NCBI GenBank assembly: GCA_026026165.1
Contig: JAPEUD010000053.1
Location: forward strand, 1-64,000
Reading direction: 5' to 3'
Length of the DNA stretch: 64,000 bases
DNA from: Sarea resinae
Taxonomy: Eukaryota
In this document: piece after piece, positions 35,424 to 48,151 of the stretch
Layout of the letters: each line of letters begins with the position of its first letter
How positions within the stretch are numbered: the first letter of the stretch is position 1
Notes under the pieces: model-generated
The model's database searches: none
What the model saw: the letters and a program-made list of their open reading frames with translations, nothing else
What the model was told of the DNA's origin: nothing
Made by a program: the position numbers and the translations under genes

Positions 35424-37685
35424 TCACTCTTCCTCTTCTTCCTCATCAACAACCCCAATCCCACTGTCATATCTTTTCCTCTTCAGCGGCTTCGAGGAGC
35501 CATCTCGGAAATCCACATCCTTGAACCGAGAATCAGTCTGTGGCGTCAAGAGGCCAAAAGGCCTCTTCGGTCGAGCTTCCAGTGGTCGCTCTACTGGCGT
35601 AGATGCTGATCCAAACCTTTGACTTAGATAATCAGCCTCGACAGTATGAACTCCCGCAACAATGGCCCTGATAGCTCTTTTCGCCTCTTCACACTCTTCT
35701 GCCAGCTGAGCTTCCAAGGAGGTCTTCGAGGTTTGGAGTGAGGAGATGGTAGTCCTTGCGTCTTGCAATGTAGAATTCAGGTTGGCGCTCTCCTGTTGCA
35801 GTAGAGCGATTTGCGACTGGAAATTTGATACGGTGGTATCATGTTCCAAGTCTTTTTGCATTGCATCTTGCTGGAGACTGGCGATTGACTCTTCTTTCGT
35901 GGCGAGAAGCGCTTGCATCTCCGCACGGACGTTGTCGGCATGCCTGCTTGCAGCGGAGAGTTTCTCTTGCAGTTGCGTGACTAGATCGCGTTGTTCTCTT
36001 GTAGCGCTCTCAGCATGTTTTCGAGCCTGACATTCGAATTGTGCCTTGCTTTCTAGGTCAGCCACGGCTTCGTCCATTTCCCGTCTCATATGGAGAGTCG
36101 CTTCGTGGTGTTCCTGCTCCATTTTGACGATCAAGGCTTCCAAATTGCTAACTTCTTGTCGGTAGCCCTCGAGAGCATTTTGAAGCTTTCTGAACGAACG
36201 AGACTGTTCGTCATTCTCATTGAGTAGCTCAGCCAATTTGCTGTTGCTGGCTGCTAACTGTTTCTCCATGACTCCCATCTTTGCGCCAGTACTTTCCAGT
36301 CGCAGCAGGGTTCCGTCGAATTGACCCCGTAAAGCATCGTACTGTTGCTGTTGTTGATCTAGTGCTCTCTCACCATCATTGACTCGAAGGATGAGTGCGC
36401 GAATGCGGTTTATGAGAATATCGAGCAATTTGCTATTCTCAAAGCCCTCGGTAGTCTCTCCAGGAAAGATGTACTCCAGTTCCAAACGAGCTTGGTAGAA
36501 TGTTTCTTGTAAAGTGTTAAGCATCTCATCTTCGCTACTTCCTTCAAATCCAAGAGCGTTGATGATTTGTTTGAGAAACGACAGATTGACCTCCGCGTCT
36601 GCTGCACGGGACTGAGACAATGCAAGATCCGTAAGGATGCGATCCAAGATCGAGTCCACAGATGATCCTTCGGCAGCATCTCGAGACTGAGATGAGAGAT
36701 GTTGGCGAATCTTTGTCAGAATGCGGTGTTGCATGTTGTTTGACCTTTCGAGCTCAACGGTCAGCGTTCTGACGGTTTCCCGGAGCTCCTTGCTCTCCTC
36801 CTCGTCGGAAGTAATGAGACGAGGATGACGATGAGTGTCTGCGTTGATGATATGGGGTTCAAGAGCTGTTTTTGTTGGGCTTGGTGTCGATGCATTCCTG
36901 TCGAAGGAAGACAATCGCGTTTCCGCTTCCTCGACGTCATCGTCGAGTTCAATGAATGTGAAACCGTTGTCCTCGTCCTCGAGCTCATCGCCAATAATTG
37001 CCGTTGCATCGTTCCCAGAAGCATGACTGAATTCCGTGTCCTCTCTCATCTCCGCTTTTAGCGTCATCAGCTCCTGTTCGAGCTCCTTCTCTCGATCACT
37101 CTTGGCCTCAGCCTCATTATCGAGCCTCTTGATTGAATCACGTCGTTCCCGTAGCTCGGTCATTTTCCTCTCCAGACCTTCCGCTTCCCGCTTTAACTCT
37201 TCATAGGCACGTCTGCGACCTGCATTCCTTTTCTTTTCGGCGTCTATATCATTCGTCTCTTCGCTTAGATGATTTCTGCTCAGCCTTCTCTGGGTTCGTG
37301 CATCGAGAATAGTCCGCAGGGGCTCGAATTGGATCTCACCCGATATTGGGGGAGTCGAGAAAAGACGCATACTGGGAGATTTTGAGCGCCTTGGGGTTGA
37401 CCTTGGAGACTGCGATCTCCCAGGTTTTGGTCCCAACGAGGAACGCCGTATAGCAGGCGTCAAACCTGTTGATGAGAGTTCGGTGATCTCGGGACCGGGA
37501 TCGGTGAAGCGGACCCTTTTGGAACGCTTCCTTGGCGTAGTGGGAGCGCCATCTTCTGCGTCCTCTGTATTTTCATACGCCCTGGACCGTCGGGCTGGAC
37601 TTGATCTCAGATTGGCCGAGCTCCGCCTCCTTCGACGAAGACCGACGCGTCCCTCGAGGACCGCATCTTCTAGTTTCACGTCCAT
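35424..37685 (-). CDS. Conserved hypothetical long coiled-coil protein
   Basis: ~750-aa ORF; S/T-P-rich N-terminus with KRVRF, extensive heptads, C-terminal KRKRYDSGIG; start codon uncertain. Confidence 0.85.
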   Translation of the reverse strand: MDVKLEDAVLEGRVGLRRRRRSSANLRSSPARRSRAYENTEDAEDGAPTTPRKRSKRVRFTDPGPEITELSSTGLTPAIRRSSLGPKPGRSQSPRSTPRRSKSPSMRLFSTPPISGEIQFEPLRTILDARTQRRLSRNHLSEETNDIDAEKKRNAGRRRAYEELKREAEGLERKMTELRERRDSIKRLDNEAEAKSDREKELEQELMTLKAEMREDTEFSHASGNDATAIIGDELEDEDNGFTFIELDDDVEEAETRLSSFDRNASTPSPTKTALEPHIINADTHRHPRLITSDEEESKELRETVRTLTVELERSNNMQHRILTKIRQHLSSQSRDAAEGSSVDSILDRILTDLALSQSRAADAEVNLSFLKQIINALGFEGSSEDEMLNTLQETFYQARLELEYIFPGETTEGFENSKLLDILINRIRALILRVNDGERALDQQQQQYDALRGQFDGTLLRLESTGAKMGVMEKQLAASNSKLAELLNENDEQSRSFRKLQNALEGYRQEVSNLEALIVKMEQEHHEATLHMRREMDEAVADLESKAQFECQARKHAESATREQRDLVTQLQEKLSAASRHADNVRAEMQALLATKEESIASLQQDAMQKDLEHDTTVSNFQSQIALLQQESANLNSTLQDARTTISSLQTSKTSLEAQLAEECEEAKRAIRAIVAGVHTVEADYLSQRFGSASTPVERPLEARPKRPFGLLTPQTDSRFKDVDFRDGSSKPLKRKRYDSGIGVVDEEEEEE

Positions 37686-39179
37686 GATCTGCCCGTAGTA
37701 GGAAATGCTAGTGAAGGTATGAAATTCGAGAGGTTTATACAATGGCCTTGTTCTTTAAAGCTCGGCAATCTGGTTGACATGGAAGAAGAGACAGAAGCTT
37801 GGGAGGTAGGTATTTGCAGGGAGATCAAAACAAGAACAACGCGTCTTCGAGTAGTAGTTCCAAGGACGTAAACACCATCACAAGGCCAGCAAATGCTGGC
37901 ACCAAACAGATCCCAGATGATAGGCAGACAGGCGGCCAAAGATGAATCATAACAAGACCCCTGTCCCCACTTGGCCCGATCGGTTAAGAGGTAAACACCA
38001 CGGGGTACAAAGTGTCGAGACAAAGTGTCGAGACACCCAAGGGAAAGCCCATGATCGCGTAACGGCGGCGGCTTGACAGGGGGCTCTTTGCTCCACACTA
38101 AGATAAAGACGCGCCCCCCGTGCGACGCGAACACACGAGCACCGTCGCGCCCTTGGTAGATGGGCCTTGGATGATTGGATGGGAATGGGACTCAGCGCTG
38201 TGCTACCCACTATCCTCCACGCGGTATCAACTTTCAAGATGCTCAATCCCATCATTAGGACATGTAATGAGGTCGCAGGTCTTCGTAAGCTGGATGTACA
38301 TAGTACACCTCTTCCAGGCAAGCATGAAGGTCTGCTCAATCGCTATGGATCGGTGAACATACCGCAGTAGAGCAGTGTAGAGCGTTTGATAGGTAGGTGT
38401 CGGATTGTCCACTATGCTATCAGATTGAGTACCTATATTGCTTGCTGCCTGTATCTTCGCTTAGATGTTGCTCGCTGCCTCACACCTTTGTCCATGGACA
38501 GTCGAGGAGACAACATTTTCACCTGAACTTCTTATTGCCGGACCTCTCTCTAGGCTCGTGCTTGCTCATCATTCGTGACTACGGAACCTCTTTTGGGCTT
38601 CGGAGATGACATGGCAACCTTGCCTACTTAGTACGATTGGCATAAGCCTTAACAACGTTGACCTTAGGTACTATACACTGCACTGCCTCTCAGATGAGGT
38701 CATTCGTAATGTAGCATAGTAGAACCATAGCACTAGATGGGTGCGAGCTGGCTTACCACGGCATGAGGAGATGGCTTTTTTTCCCGACTCGATTTTTTTT
38801 TCATTTCGACATCATGATCGTCAAGGAGCGTCAGTGTGGCCTAGTGTACACATTAAGAGAGCCAATCGAACCTCGTTGAGCTCTTCAGTGGGAGAAAAAG
38901 GAGAGAAAAAGCCAGCAAGCATATCAACACCGATCATGTCCATGTCCATGTTCATCCATTCCTACCATTCCATCCCTTACCATACCTGTGTCCCATACCA
39001 CCGCCGTCCGGCTAGATAGCCGATTTTGTGAGAGGAAAAAAGAGCCAACTGGGCAGATGCAAATATGTTACAATGTAGAAAGGGATTTGTGACTAAATCG
39101 CAAATGGCATCCATGATCTCAATCCATCGAGAGGCTGCGAAAGCGAGATGCGAAGTCTTGTGGGCCAGTTGTATTTGGC

Positions 39180-40423
39180 TTAGCAGACGGTGACGTAGAG
39201 ACCGATCCTATTTCGAACGTTAGAGGGCTGGTATACATCAGTAAGGCGTGCACTTACGGAGATGGGTTGTAGTCCTGGAAGTAGTTGAGGCTGGTGCCAC
39301 CAACGGACTTGAGCTCGTAGCTGACAGCTGTGTTTGCGGGGCAGCTGAAAGTTGCAATAGTGTACGAGTTGCCTGGCGCAACAGTGGTCACTCCATAGTC
39401 CGTAGCAACCGACGGTGCATTGTTGTATGTGGTAGACGAGCTTGCAGTCGAAGACAGGGATGAGAAATCAATGCCACCGGGACCAGAGAAGCTGAAAGAT
39501 GATGTCTGAAGCTGGGACTGCTCAGGGAACAAGAAAACGAGCGAGCAAGTCTTGCCAGAGTCGGAGGACGGGATATCAAAGTTAAAGATGGACGAGATAT
39601 CTGGTGTGATGGTTCCGTTGTAAGAAGTACCCTCAGCGGTGTCGGGGCTGGAAGAGCTGATCGGAACGATCAAGTGAGGATATCTAACGACATTAGAACC
39701 CGTTCATATAGTCTAAATTGCCTTGTGACTTACTCATATGTGCCAGAGAGGGCCGCAGGGCATGAGCTTGGCGAAGGAGAGGCGGATACGGAAGAAGACG
39801 AGGTCGAAGATGGAGCTGGAGAGGATGACGGCGCCGGAGAGGATGATGGAGCCGGGGAGGAAGTCGGGGCCGGCGACGAAGACGGAGCCGGGGAAGACGA
39901 TGGAGCGGGCGAGGACGATGGGCAGCCAGACTTACAGCTGCTGGCCTCCAGGGTAATGGTGCTGCAGGCCTGTTGTCCGGAGGGAGGAGTAGTGTAAATG
40001 TTGTCTTCGCCGTTGTCACCAGTTGGGCAAACATAGAAAGTCGTGCTGCCGTTGGCTGCAAGAAGGCCGCCACAGCCAACGGAGAAGCCAGGAGTAGCAC
40101 TAGCACCCTGATCGCACTGGAACTGGGTGGTTGGAGCTGGGATTGTGATTTAGCAAAAGCTCCATACATAAGCCTGAGAAGTAAGACTTACGGGTGAGGA
40201 TACATCCACGTCCACTCTGATCAGTGATGGCACCGGCCGAGTCAATGCAATAGGTAGCAGCAGAGAGACCACCGCCGACGCGGTTCTGACCGTCGCTCAG
40301 CTGGCCGACGGTGCCATTATCGCCCCCAGAAGCTGTCAACTGGAAGCAACAGTTGCCGTCACGAGCAACATAAGCACTGGTGCCTGAGGCAAAAGCCAGA
40401 GCCAAAGCAACGAAGGTCTTCAT
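39180..40423 (-). CDS. Secreted cell-wall protein with C-terminal But2 (ubiquitin-3-binding)-like domain (3 introns)
   Basis: Signal MKTFVALALAFASGTSA; GQLSDGQNR; SSPAP repeats; YPHLIVPI..SIFNFDIP..CSLVFLFP..LNYFQDYNPSP|IGLYVTVC*; TATA at ~40582. Confidence 0.85.
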
Positions 40424-41498
40424 ACTGGCAACGAGAGTTTCAACGATTGACTTGAGTAACTGTAAATGAGGTAAAGCTGAAGCTAGTATCGAGCAGCGCG
40501 TAAATGATTCTGTTGAGAGCAAAAGCTTTGATGGAGGAAGGTCCAGAGAAAGAGGTTGGTGAAGGGGAAGGGAGGCCGTTCTATATACTCGTGGAGGCCA
40601 GAAGCCAAGCACTAGCCAAGACAAGACACATCGTCATCGTCGTAAAACGGAAATAGCTTCCATGCTACTGCGACAGGGACGCACCTCGTCGGGCACCTCG
40701 GTCATCTGTTGAAGCTCCAGCCCAGCTTACCTTACCTTAGTCTTAGTGCCTACATACGTAATTGGAATCAACACGAAGAGTGACGAAGGCGCTCGGTATC
40801 AATCACACGATGACAGTGGAGTGGATGGCCCAGCAACAATCTAGGGTGTGGGCCAAAAGGCATCTTGCCGTGGCTCCAGGACTAATTTAGAGCCCCTTCG
40901 TTCCATTCTGAGAGGGGTAAAGTATCCAGAAAGATCTCCACGCCGAGGGAGTCCAGGTCGAGCTCAGGTCTGAGCAGCCGGCGTTAGGGCTGTAGGATCT
41001 ACTCCGGAGTAATATGCTACCTCATTGAACCTGGGTTAGTGCTAGCAGATTGTAGACAGCATTGGTGACCCCCAAAATGGCCGTTTGCCCGACCGCCAGG
41101 GCTGCTCAGGCTGCTGCGCTTTCCTTCTAAGACAATATCACTAGAGTACAACTTATGCGTTGTCCGAGGTCTTGTGGAATAGTCGATACGCTTGAACCGT
41201 CTTGCGCACGCTTCAGGGCGTAAGGTATCAAAGGCACCCTCAGCTGAGACAAGAATCAGATACTGCGAAGATGATTTGACGGAGTAACGTAAACTGGTGA
41301 TGGTGGCCATCGTATGACGGACGGCTTAGGTCTCTGGTACAGTATTGAGGTGAGCTCGTATATTCAGTCAGGACGCCTCGGTCCCCTCGGCCCTGTAAGC
41401 GGGCTCTGCCGAAAGCATGGATCGCGCTACGTTAAGTACTTCAGAGCGGTAGCAGCTACGGAGCAGCTACCTTTGGTTGATATATCTGTCTGGTTCAG

Positions 41499-41876
41499 TC
41501 AGGGCGTACTGTCCGAGTACCTCCTACTTTGAACAACGACCCTGTCATCTCCTCCGTGCATCCTCCCAAGGCTACCACACCATTCTTGCTTCTTTTTTCG
41601 GATCTCCGGGGCCTGATCGGCGTCATTACTCCCAGGTTCGCGCATTAGTTTGAGGCTTACTGGAACTGCATCTCTTTTGACGCTTGGCCCGGAAATGCCA
41701 GAAACGCGGGGAAAGGATGCCAATTTCTCGAAAACCCCTCGTATGACCGCTACCATTTCCTTGCCTGCGCCGTATCCTCGGAGAGTTGCATCTACGTAGT
41801 ATGGTCTCCGGATGCAACGAATTTTCATTACTCCATGTATCAAACGTCTCCACTTGCGCTTCCTTGCTTCGATCAT
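41499..41876 (-). pseudogene. Possible GNAT acetyltransferase fragment
   Basis: YVDATLRGYGAGKEMV resembles GNAT motif A (RxxGxG/A); other GNAT elements not recognisable. Confidence 0.2.
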
Positions 41877-43992
41877 TGCGATCCACACGGAAATATAGAC
41901 TTATCGTCACTGATATCGTGATCCATCGTAGCCAAGGTCCACGGCGTGCTGAGTCTTTCTTGGTTGGTAGTAGTCACCATCCTTCACAGTCGGCCTCTTT
42001 GTTACGATCGAAGATCATCTCACCATACCATCAAAGCGTCCGTGTTCCCCAGCATGCAGACCCCAACATCCAAGTAGAATAGCCAGATGAATCGGCAATG
42101 GGGAGATCTGCTCGAGTGGCATTGTCCTGTCGACTTCGTCTCTTACCCCGCTGTCTTATTGACTGGGGCAAAAAGTCTCCGGATGCACTGCAGAGCCTGG
42201 AGGACGGCACGAAGCTTCGACGACTACCTCGCTACGTCAACATCCACTCAACCTCGTACCGAAGAGGGAGTAAGTTGTAGCTCTCAATGGCTCGATGTGA
42301 GTGCCCTGCCGTCTGGATCTTTGCCAGGTATTCAATAGTAGCGTCGATAATTATGCAACCCGAAGGACTTGAATAATCGCCACGTCTGAGATCGGGCAGC
42401 TGACAATGCATTGACATCTCGTAATGAGTAACTGGATGGTACCTCGACTTGACGATTGCCGAATCCACAGGCGTATGCAGTACGGTGGCTCGGGCGAAAC
42501 CGCAGTCCAATGAAGTCATCAGCACCAGCTGGTGACGAGTAGCAGCGGAAGATCTGTACGGACAATGAAATGGACCCCGTATTGTAGACTCGGGAGTGAT
42601 CTACTATGTAGAGCAGTGAAAGCTGCTACTCCGTACGCTCATCTTCAGTATCCAGATGAGCTGAACCCAATACCGGAGCGGACTAATGCATACATAATGT
42701 GTGCGGAAGATATCCAAATTTAGAAGAGCCTTCCTTAGCGTAGGGTAAGTGCATTAGCACCTTATGGAGGCGTACCTAGAAAATTGGGACCGGCTTTACA
42801 TGGATCAAATGGATGCGTACGAGGCTTTTTGTGGGGAAAGTGGTGTGTGAGCAAGCAGCGAGAGCCCTGTGAAGACTGTGAAGACTGTTGCCCCGCTGGT
42901 TGGATGGAAACCGCGCCTGTCCGGTTTGTCAGGAACATATCCAATTGGGTCACAGGCGCTAGACACGCTCTCTCCACACGGCCATCTGACAGTTGAGGAA
43001 CACGTTGAATCGATCAATGGATCAATGTCACTACTCCAGAGAGCCTGCATATGTGTAGGTTTTGATGACAGCAGGCGAAATTAGCTGCTGTTTGCTGTCT
43101 CTTCGCGCTGCTTGCAGAGGATCGGGCTTTGAGGGGCAACATGAGCGGAAGACAGTGCCGACTAGTATGTAGCACTTCCATCCAGTTGTCATGGACAGCT
43201 GAAGAAGGGCCGGGGCATTTTGACTAAGGCATGGTCGGGCCTTCGGAAGAGTAAAGTCCGCAATAATGATGATTGCAGGCTGGCGTATCCAACGTCTAGT
43301 CCCTACGGATTTTATGGGCCCTGGAATCGAAAGAGAATAGTTCTGGTTGAGACGGACCGAAAAGGGACAAGTGAGCAGAGGACACAGCGACGTCATGAAA
43401 GAACGTCGTGGATTTCGGGATTTGTAGATGTCAAGGTGAACGATGCGTACAGAGTTAAACCCGCTTCCATGGACGCAAGCAGGTTCCAGGGAAATTGAAG
43501 GGATAGGCCTGCTGCAGGAGCAAATGCACTCGCACCGAAGATCTGAATGAGAGAATAGCACCAATACAGTATGCCTACTCTAAAGTCCATACCATCGATC
43601 ATTGATCAGTCCCATTCGACCGTCCAGTGCCCAGGCCTCAGTTCCCCGATCAGAGATGCTGAACTATTCACTACTTAGAAGACTGCGAGATAGTCCCGAT
43701 CACTAAGTAGCGCTGGTCGGTCTGAACGGCTAGCCTGTCTCAGATTCAAGGCCCTGCAGGTCCCTTGCGTAGGAAAAGTCCACTTGAGCATGAATACCAT
43801 CTTTGGCAATCAAACGCTAAGAACTTGCGAAGGTTCAGGATACAAGGTATTGAAAAGCTATCTCTCGCTCACTGAAAACGAAAGGAAGCCAGCGCCGAAG
43901 AATTCTTTCTTGAGTATTGATACAACTTCAAACCACAGATGTTGTAATACAGACGAGAAAATACATGGAGAACCCTAGGACATCCCTAATTC

Positions 43993-44892
43993 TTACACCT
44001 TCCCTCCAGTAAGCTCCTCTGCTATCTTCTTGATGCGCTTCTGGGTCAAGTCTGCGGAGCCAGTGTGGTGTCTGAGGGCATTGTTACCAGACTTGTTTGC
44101 TTCGCTGAGCATCTGCTGAACCGTCTCGGGCGGGCCCCTGTTCCATATATTCTCTCCACCCACCCCAATGTCATTCCCGAACTCTTCAGGGTTGTCCACG
44201 AATGTCTTTTCAATTGCAGCATTGAGCTGGTCTTGCGTCGTGATAAAGCTTCCTGCCTGCGTGTACAGAGTATGAAGGGCGTCCCTCCGCTCATTCGCCT
44301 TTGCTTCTTGCATCGCCCGGTACCTCTCCAGTTTTTGTGCTATCCGTGCTTCTCGATCGGGGTCAGGAACAATGCCGGTATTGAACTGTTTCATGGCTTC
44401 TGTGACGGTCGGACGGGTGAGGCGCTCATCCTCTCGTTCGGGGGCATGGACGAGTCGCTCGTGTTCCGCACGTCGGTACGCGCTCCTCCCCGCCATAGCG
44501 CGGTCCATCTGCTTTTTCCGATGATGCAGCTCCACCAATCCTTCTCGTAGATTACGACGCCGCGTGGCGGCCATCTGTTGTTTCCATTGAGAGCGAGAAG
44601 TTCCATGCTCTGTCGTTGGCTCAGGTGTAGCAGCCGCCAGATATTCGGGTGATATTTTGTCTCTATTGCCGCGGAAGAGATTTCGAGGGGTGGGAAGAAC
44701 GCCTTTGATCCGGCGTTTGGGGGGATAGCGTTGCTGAGGCGGTTGAGGAACTTCGATGAATTTAGGGGACTCGGGCCCGACTTGAAGGAGGCATGGCGAC
44801 GAGGCGAAAGACCGAACAAGAGGCCGCTGAAAGCAGGTAGATCGTAGACCCGAAGAAGAGAGCATCAGAGACCGTGGCATCGAAGGAGCCAT
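43993..44892 (-). CDS. Mitochondrial protein, probably small ribosomal subunit protein mS26 (fungal type)
   Basis: Clear presequence, VGPESPKFIEVP..KGVLPTPR, RRRNLREGL, HTLYTQAGSFITT, IAEELTGGK; family assignment from memory. Confidence 0.6.
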   Translation of the reverse strand: MAPSMPRSLMLSSSGLRSTCFQRPLVRSFASSPCLLQVGPESPKFIEVPQPPQQRYPPKRRIKGVLPTPRNLFRGNRDKISPEYLAAATPEPTTEHGTSRSQWKQQMAATRRRNLREGLVELHHRKKQMDRAMAGRSAYRRAEHERLVHAPEREDERLTRPTVTEAMKQFNTGIVPDPDREARIAQKLERYRAMQEAKANERRDALHTLYTQAGSFITTQDQLNAAIEKTFVDNPEEFGNDIGVGGENIWNRGPPETVQQMLSEANKSGNNALRHHTGSADLTQKRIKKIAEELTGGKV

Positions 44893-45157
44893 CGTAGGAG
44901 CAGATGCGGCCTCGATACTCGCAGTGCTTCAATTTTTGATGAAGGTTAGACGAAGAAGTTAGCGAAGTCTTGAGCACTCACTCAACCGGATCGGGAGTCG
45001 ATGTGGCTTGACGAGGTTGTGCAACCTCGGCGCCCGTACCGAGCCGCACCCACAAAATTTCCTAAGCGTGCAAAAAGTAACTCCCGACTTCTTCACCACT
45101 TTACCTGTCAACAACGCCCACACCAAACTCCATCACCTCAGGGCACATTTCTTCAAG

Positions 45158-47467
45158 ATGGGTACAGGAAAGAAAGAAGCGAACAGGAAGGAGAGGCAAG
45201 GGAAGGTAGGGGACGGCATGGCGAATGTCAAGGTCAAAGGGGAAAACTTCTACAGGTAAGCTTCCCGCCGCCCAGAAAACACTGTCCTGTCTTTTTGTCG
45301 TTCACCTCGAGAACAATGATCCATATCGGAAATCTGACGCTCTCTACAGAAATGCGAAAAAGGTGAAGACCTTGAACATGTTCAAGGATGGAAAGGCGCA
45401 ACGCAACGCTACTGGCAAGATCACGAAGGCAGCCTCGTACCAATCTCGAGAGCTACCAAAGGCACGAATCGAGCCAAATCGGAAGTGGTTTGGCAATACA
45501 AGAGTCATTGCGCAGGATTCACTGAACTCGTTTCGTGAGGCCATGGCTGAGCGAGCCTCAGATCCCTATCAAGTCCTATTGAAGACCAATAAGTTGCCGA
45601 TGAGTCTGATCCGAGACGGTCAAGGCAAGAATGGCTTGAAAGAACATCAAGCGAAGATGGCGGTGGAAGCTTCACCGTTCAGCGACACATTTGGGCCAAA
45701 AGCTCAGAGGAAACGAGTCAAGCTGGACGTCGGCACGCTCGAGGATCTCGCTGGTGCGTCTGAGAAGATGCACGACTCGTACCTGGATCGCTTAGAGCAG
45801 GCGAAGCTTCTCAGCGGCAACTCTGGAGCTGATGAACAGGTGGGAGAAGCGGCTCTCGAAGATGATGGAGGTATCTCTGCCGCTCGCGAGCCTGTGTTCT
45901 CGAAAGGCCAGAGCAAGCGCATATGGAATGAGCTGTATAAAGTCATCGATTCCTCCGACGTTATAATACATGTTCTCGATGCTAGAGATCCGTTAGGCAC
46001 GAGATGTCGGAGCGTTGAGAAATATGTCAGGGAAGAGGCGCCACACAAACACCTGATATTTGTCTTGAACAAATGCGATCTGGTACCTACGGGTGTTGCT
46101 GTAAGTGGTTTCTCTATACTACAGTCTATTTAATCCCCTTCCCTTTCAGTCTTTTTTGTTCCATCGTTAAGTCAAGACTCCTTCTGCATCATCATGCGAT
46201 TATTCAATGGAAGGTTTGTCTGTTACAACTTTGGTAGATGGATCCCAATCTCGCCGCTCTTGGCCTTTCTGGTCATGAGTAGACGGCTCCCCGTCTTGGG
46301 GGGCTTGTCGCATAGGGATTGGTGATGTTTCGTTTGAGTTGAGAATCATCCGGCCACTTCTCTGGCCGCCGATGGTGATTTTCTTAGTAATGATTCATAC
46401 ATGCAATACTTTCATACCTTTTGTTGAAAGTTTTCAACTGACACAACCTTCAGGCTTCCTGGGTCAGACATCTTTCAAAGGACTATCCAACTCTTGCTTT
46501 CCATGCATCAATCACCAATTCTTTCGGGAAAGGCTCCCTCATTCAACTACTTCGTCAATTTTCCTCTCTTCACTCAGACCGCAAGCAGATATCCGTTGGA
46601 TTCATAGGATACCCAAATACGGGCAAATCATCAATTATTAACACGCTCCGCAAGAAGAAGGTGTGCACGGTTGCACCCATCCCCGGCGAGACCAAAATAT
46701 GGCAGTATATTACCCTTATGAAGAGGATCTATTTGATCGACTGCCCAGGCGTTGTACCTCCGAATCAGAACGACTCGGAAGAGGACATCCTACTACGAGG
46801 TGTCGTTCGAGTCGAGAACGTTCAAAACCCGGAGCAGTACATTGAGGCGGTATTGAAGAGATGTAAACCACAACATATTGAGCGTACCTACGATATAAAG
46901 GGCTACAGCTCAGCGATTGAATTTCTAGAGTCACTAGCAAGAAAGGGTGGAAGACTGCTGAAAGGTGGCGAGGCTGACGTTGACGGCGTTGCTAAGATGG
47001 TTTTGAATGACTTCCTCAGGGGAAAGATCCCATGGTTTACGCCACCACCTGTTGCAGAGGGTCAAGAAATAAAGGGCATAGAAGGCCGGGAAGGAAAGCT
47101 AGGCGAGATGGGGAAAAAGCGAAAGAGGGAAGACGAGCAAAGTACGACTGATACTGGCCGCGAGGACGATCTACACAATCAATCGGAAGTTGTTGACGAT
47201 GTCGAATCAGGTTCGAAGGACGAGTTCGAGGGGTTCTCTGACGAGGACAGCGATGAGGCTGACGGAGACGATGTTCCCGCCCCCATTGATGCAGGGGACA
47301 ACTCGGAGCCAGACGAAGTCGAAGAAAGCGGTTCAGACAACGATGCCATAACATTAGTAGCTGATGCCGAGAGTAAGTCCGATAGCATTGAGGAGGCGCC
47401 AGAAATGTCGAAACCGACGCAAAAGGCCGTCCCGAAGCTCTCGAATAAGAGACGGCGAAAAGGCTAG
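45158..47467 (+). CDS. NOG2: Nucleolar GTP-binding protein 2 (introns ~45256-45348 and 46101-46453)
   Basis: [73 protein letters not shown]. Confidence 0.97.
46159..46404 (+). ncRNA. snR191: Intronic H/ACA snoRNA, snR191/U19 orthologue
   Basis: Pocket 1 AGTCA (46170-74) / GTTAC (46222-26), 14 nt to AGA at 46236; pocket 2 GAGT (46336-39) / TAGT (46385-88), 14 nt to ACA at 46399-401; complementary to LSU helix 69 GUAACUAUGACUC; yeast snR191 also lies in the NOG2 intron. Confidence 0.88.
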
Positions 47468-47792
47468 ATAGATTCGAAGGCGCCTGAATGAACATTGGTA
47501 CTAATGAATAAATGATGCTACGACGTCAATCCACCCGTCAATTCCCACTTGACGCGTGAGAGAGTTGGCCTCTTCAAAACAATCGTCCAAATCATGAAAT
47601 ATATGCTTAGGCGATTGTGATCAAAGTGTAAAACTCCGTGGACCGGACCAGGTGCATCCCATCCCAATGCTCACTGCATAGCAGGAGCTACAAGTTGCTT
47701 TGAAACGTTCGAGCACCGGAGCCAGGCGTCGAAATGTCTCATTTCCACTCATCAATTCATCCTTGAAGTCGTCCTCCAGAGCCTGTAGAGTT

Positions 47793-48151
47793 TCACGAGT
47801 CGGAGGAGATATACATCACTAAGATGGCCATTAGCAGACAGTAGATTGTGGGCGAAAAGCAGTGGCCGATGTACCATTATTTCCTCGAACGAAAGCATCA
47901 CCGTAGTTTCTTCTCTTTTCTCCATTGACGTACTCTTCAGTATTTTCGAGAGCGATATTCATATAGCCATCGACGGATTGCAATTCTCCTGATCGATCAA
48001 GCATTAGTCGTCGCAAAACTTCCCATACGAAGGAAGCCAACAGACCTTTGTAGACCACTCCGGAGTTCAACTTGACGGTAACTGGTGCCCCAATGATCTC
48101 GCTCAAGAACCCTGAAGGATCTTTCCCCTCAGATGTCGCTCCGTTCTCCAT
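47793..48151 (-). CDS. LSM6: U6 snRNA-associated Sm-like protein LSm6 (2 introns)
   Basis: DPSGFLSEIIGAPVTVKLNSGVVYKG|ELQSVDGYMNIALE..YGDAFVRGNN|VMYISSDS*. Confidence 0.93.
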
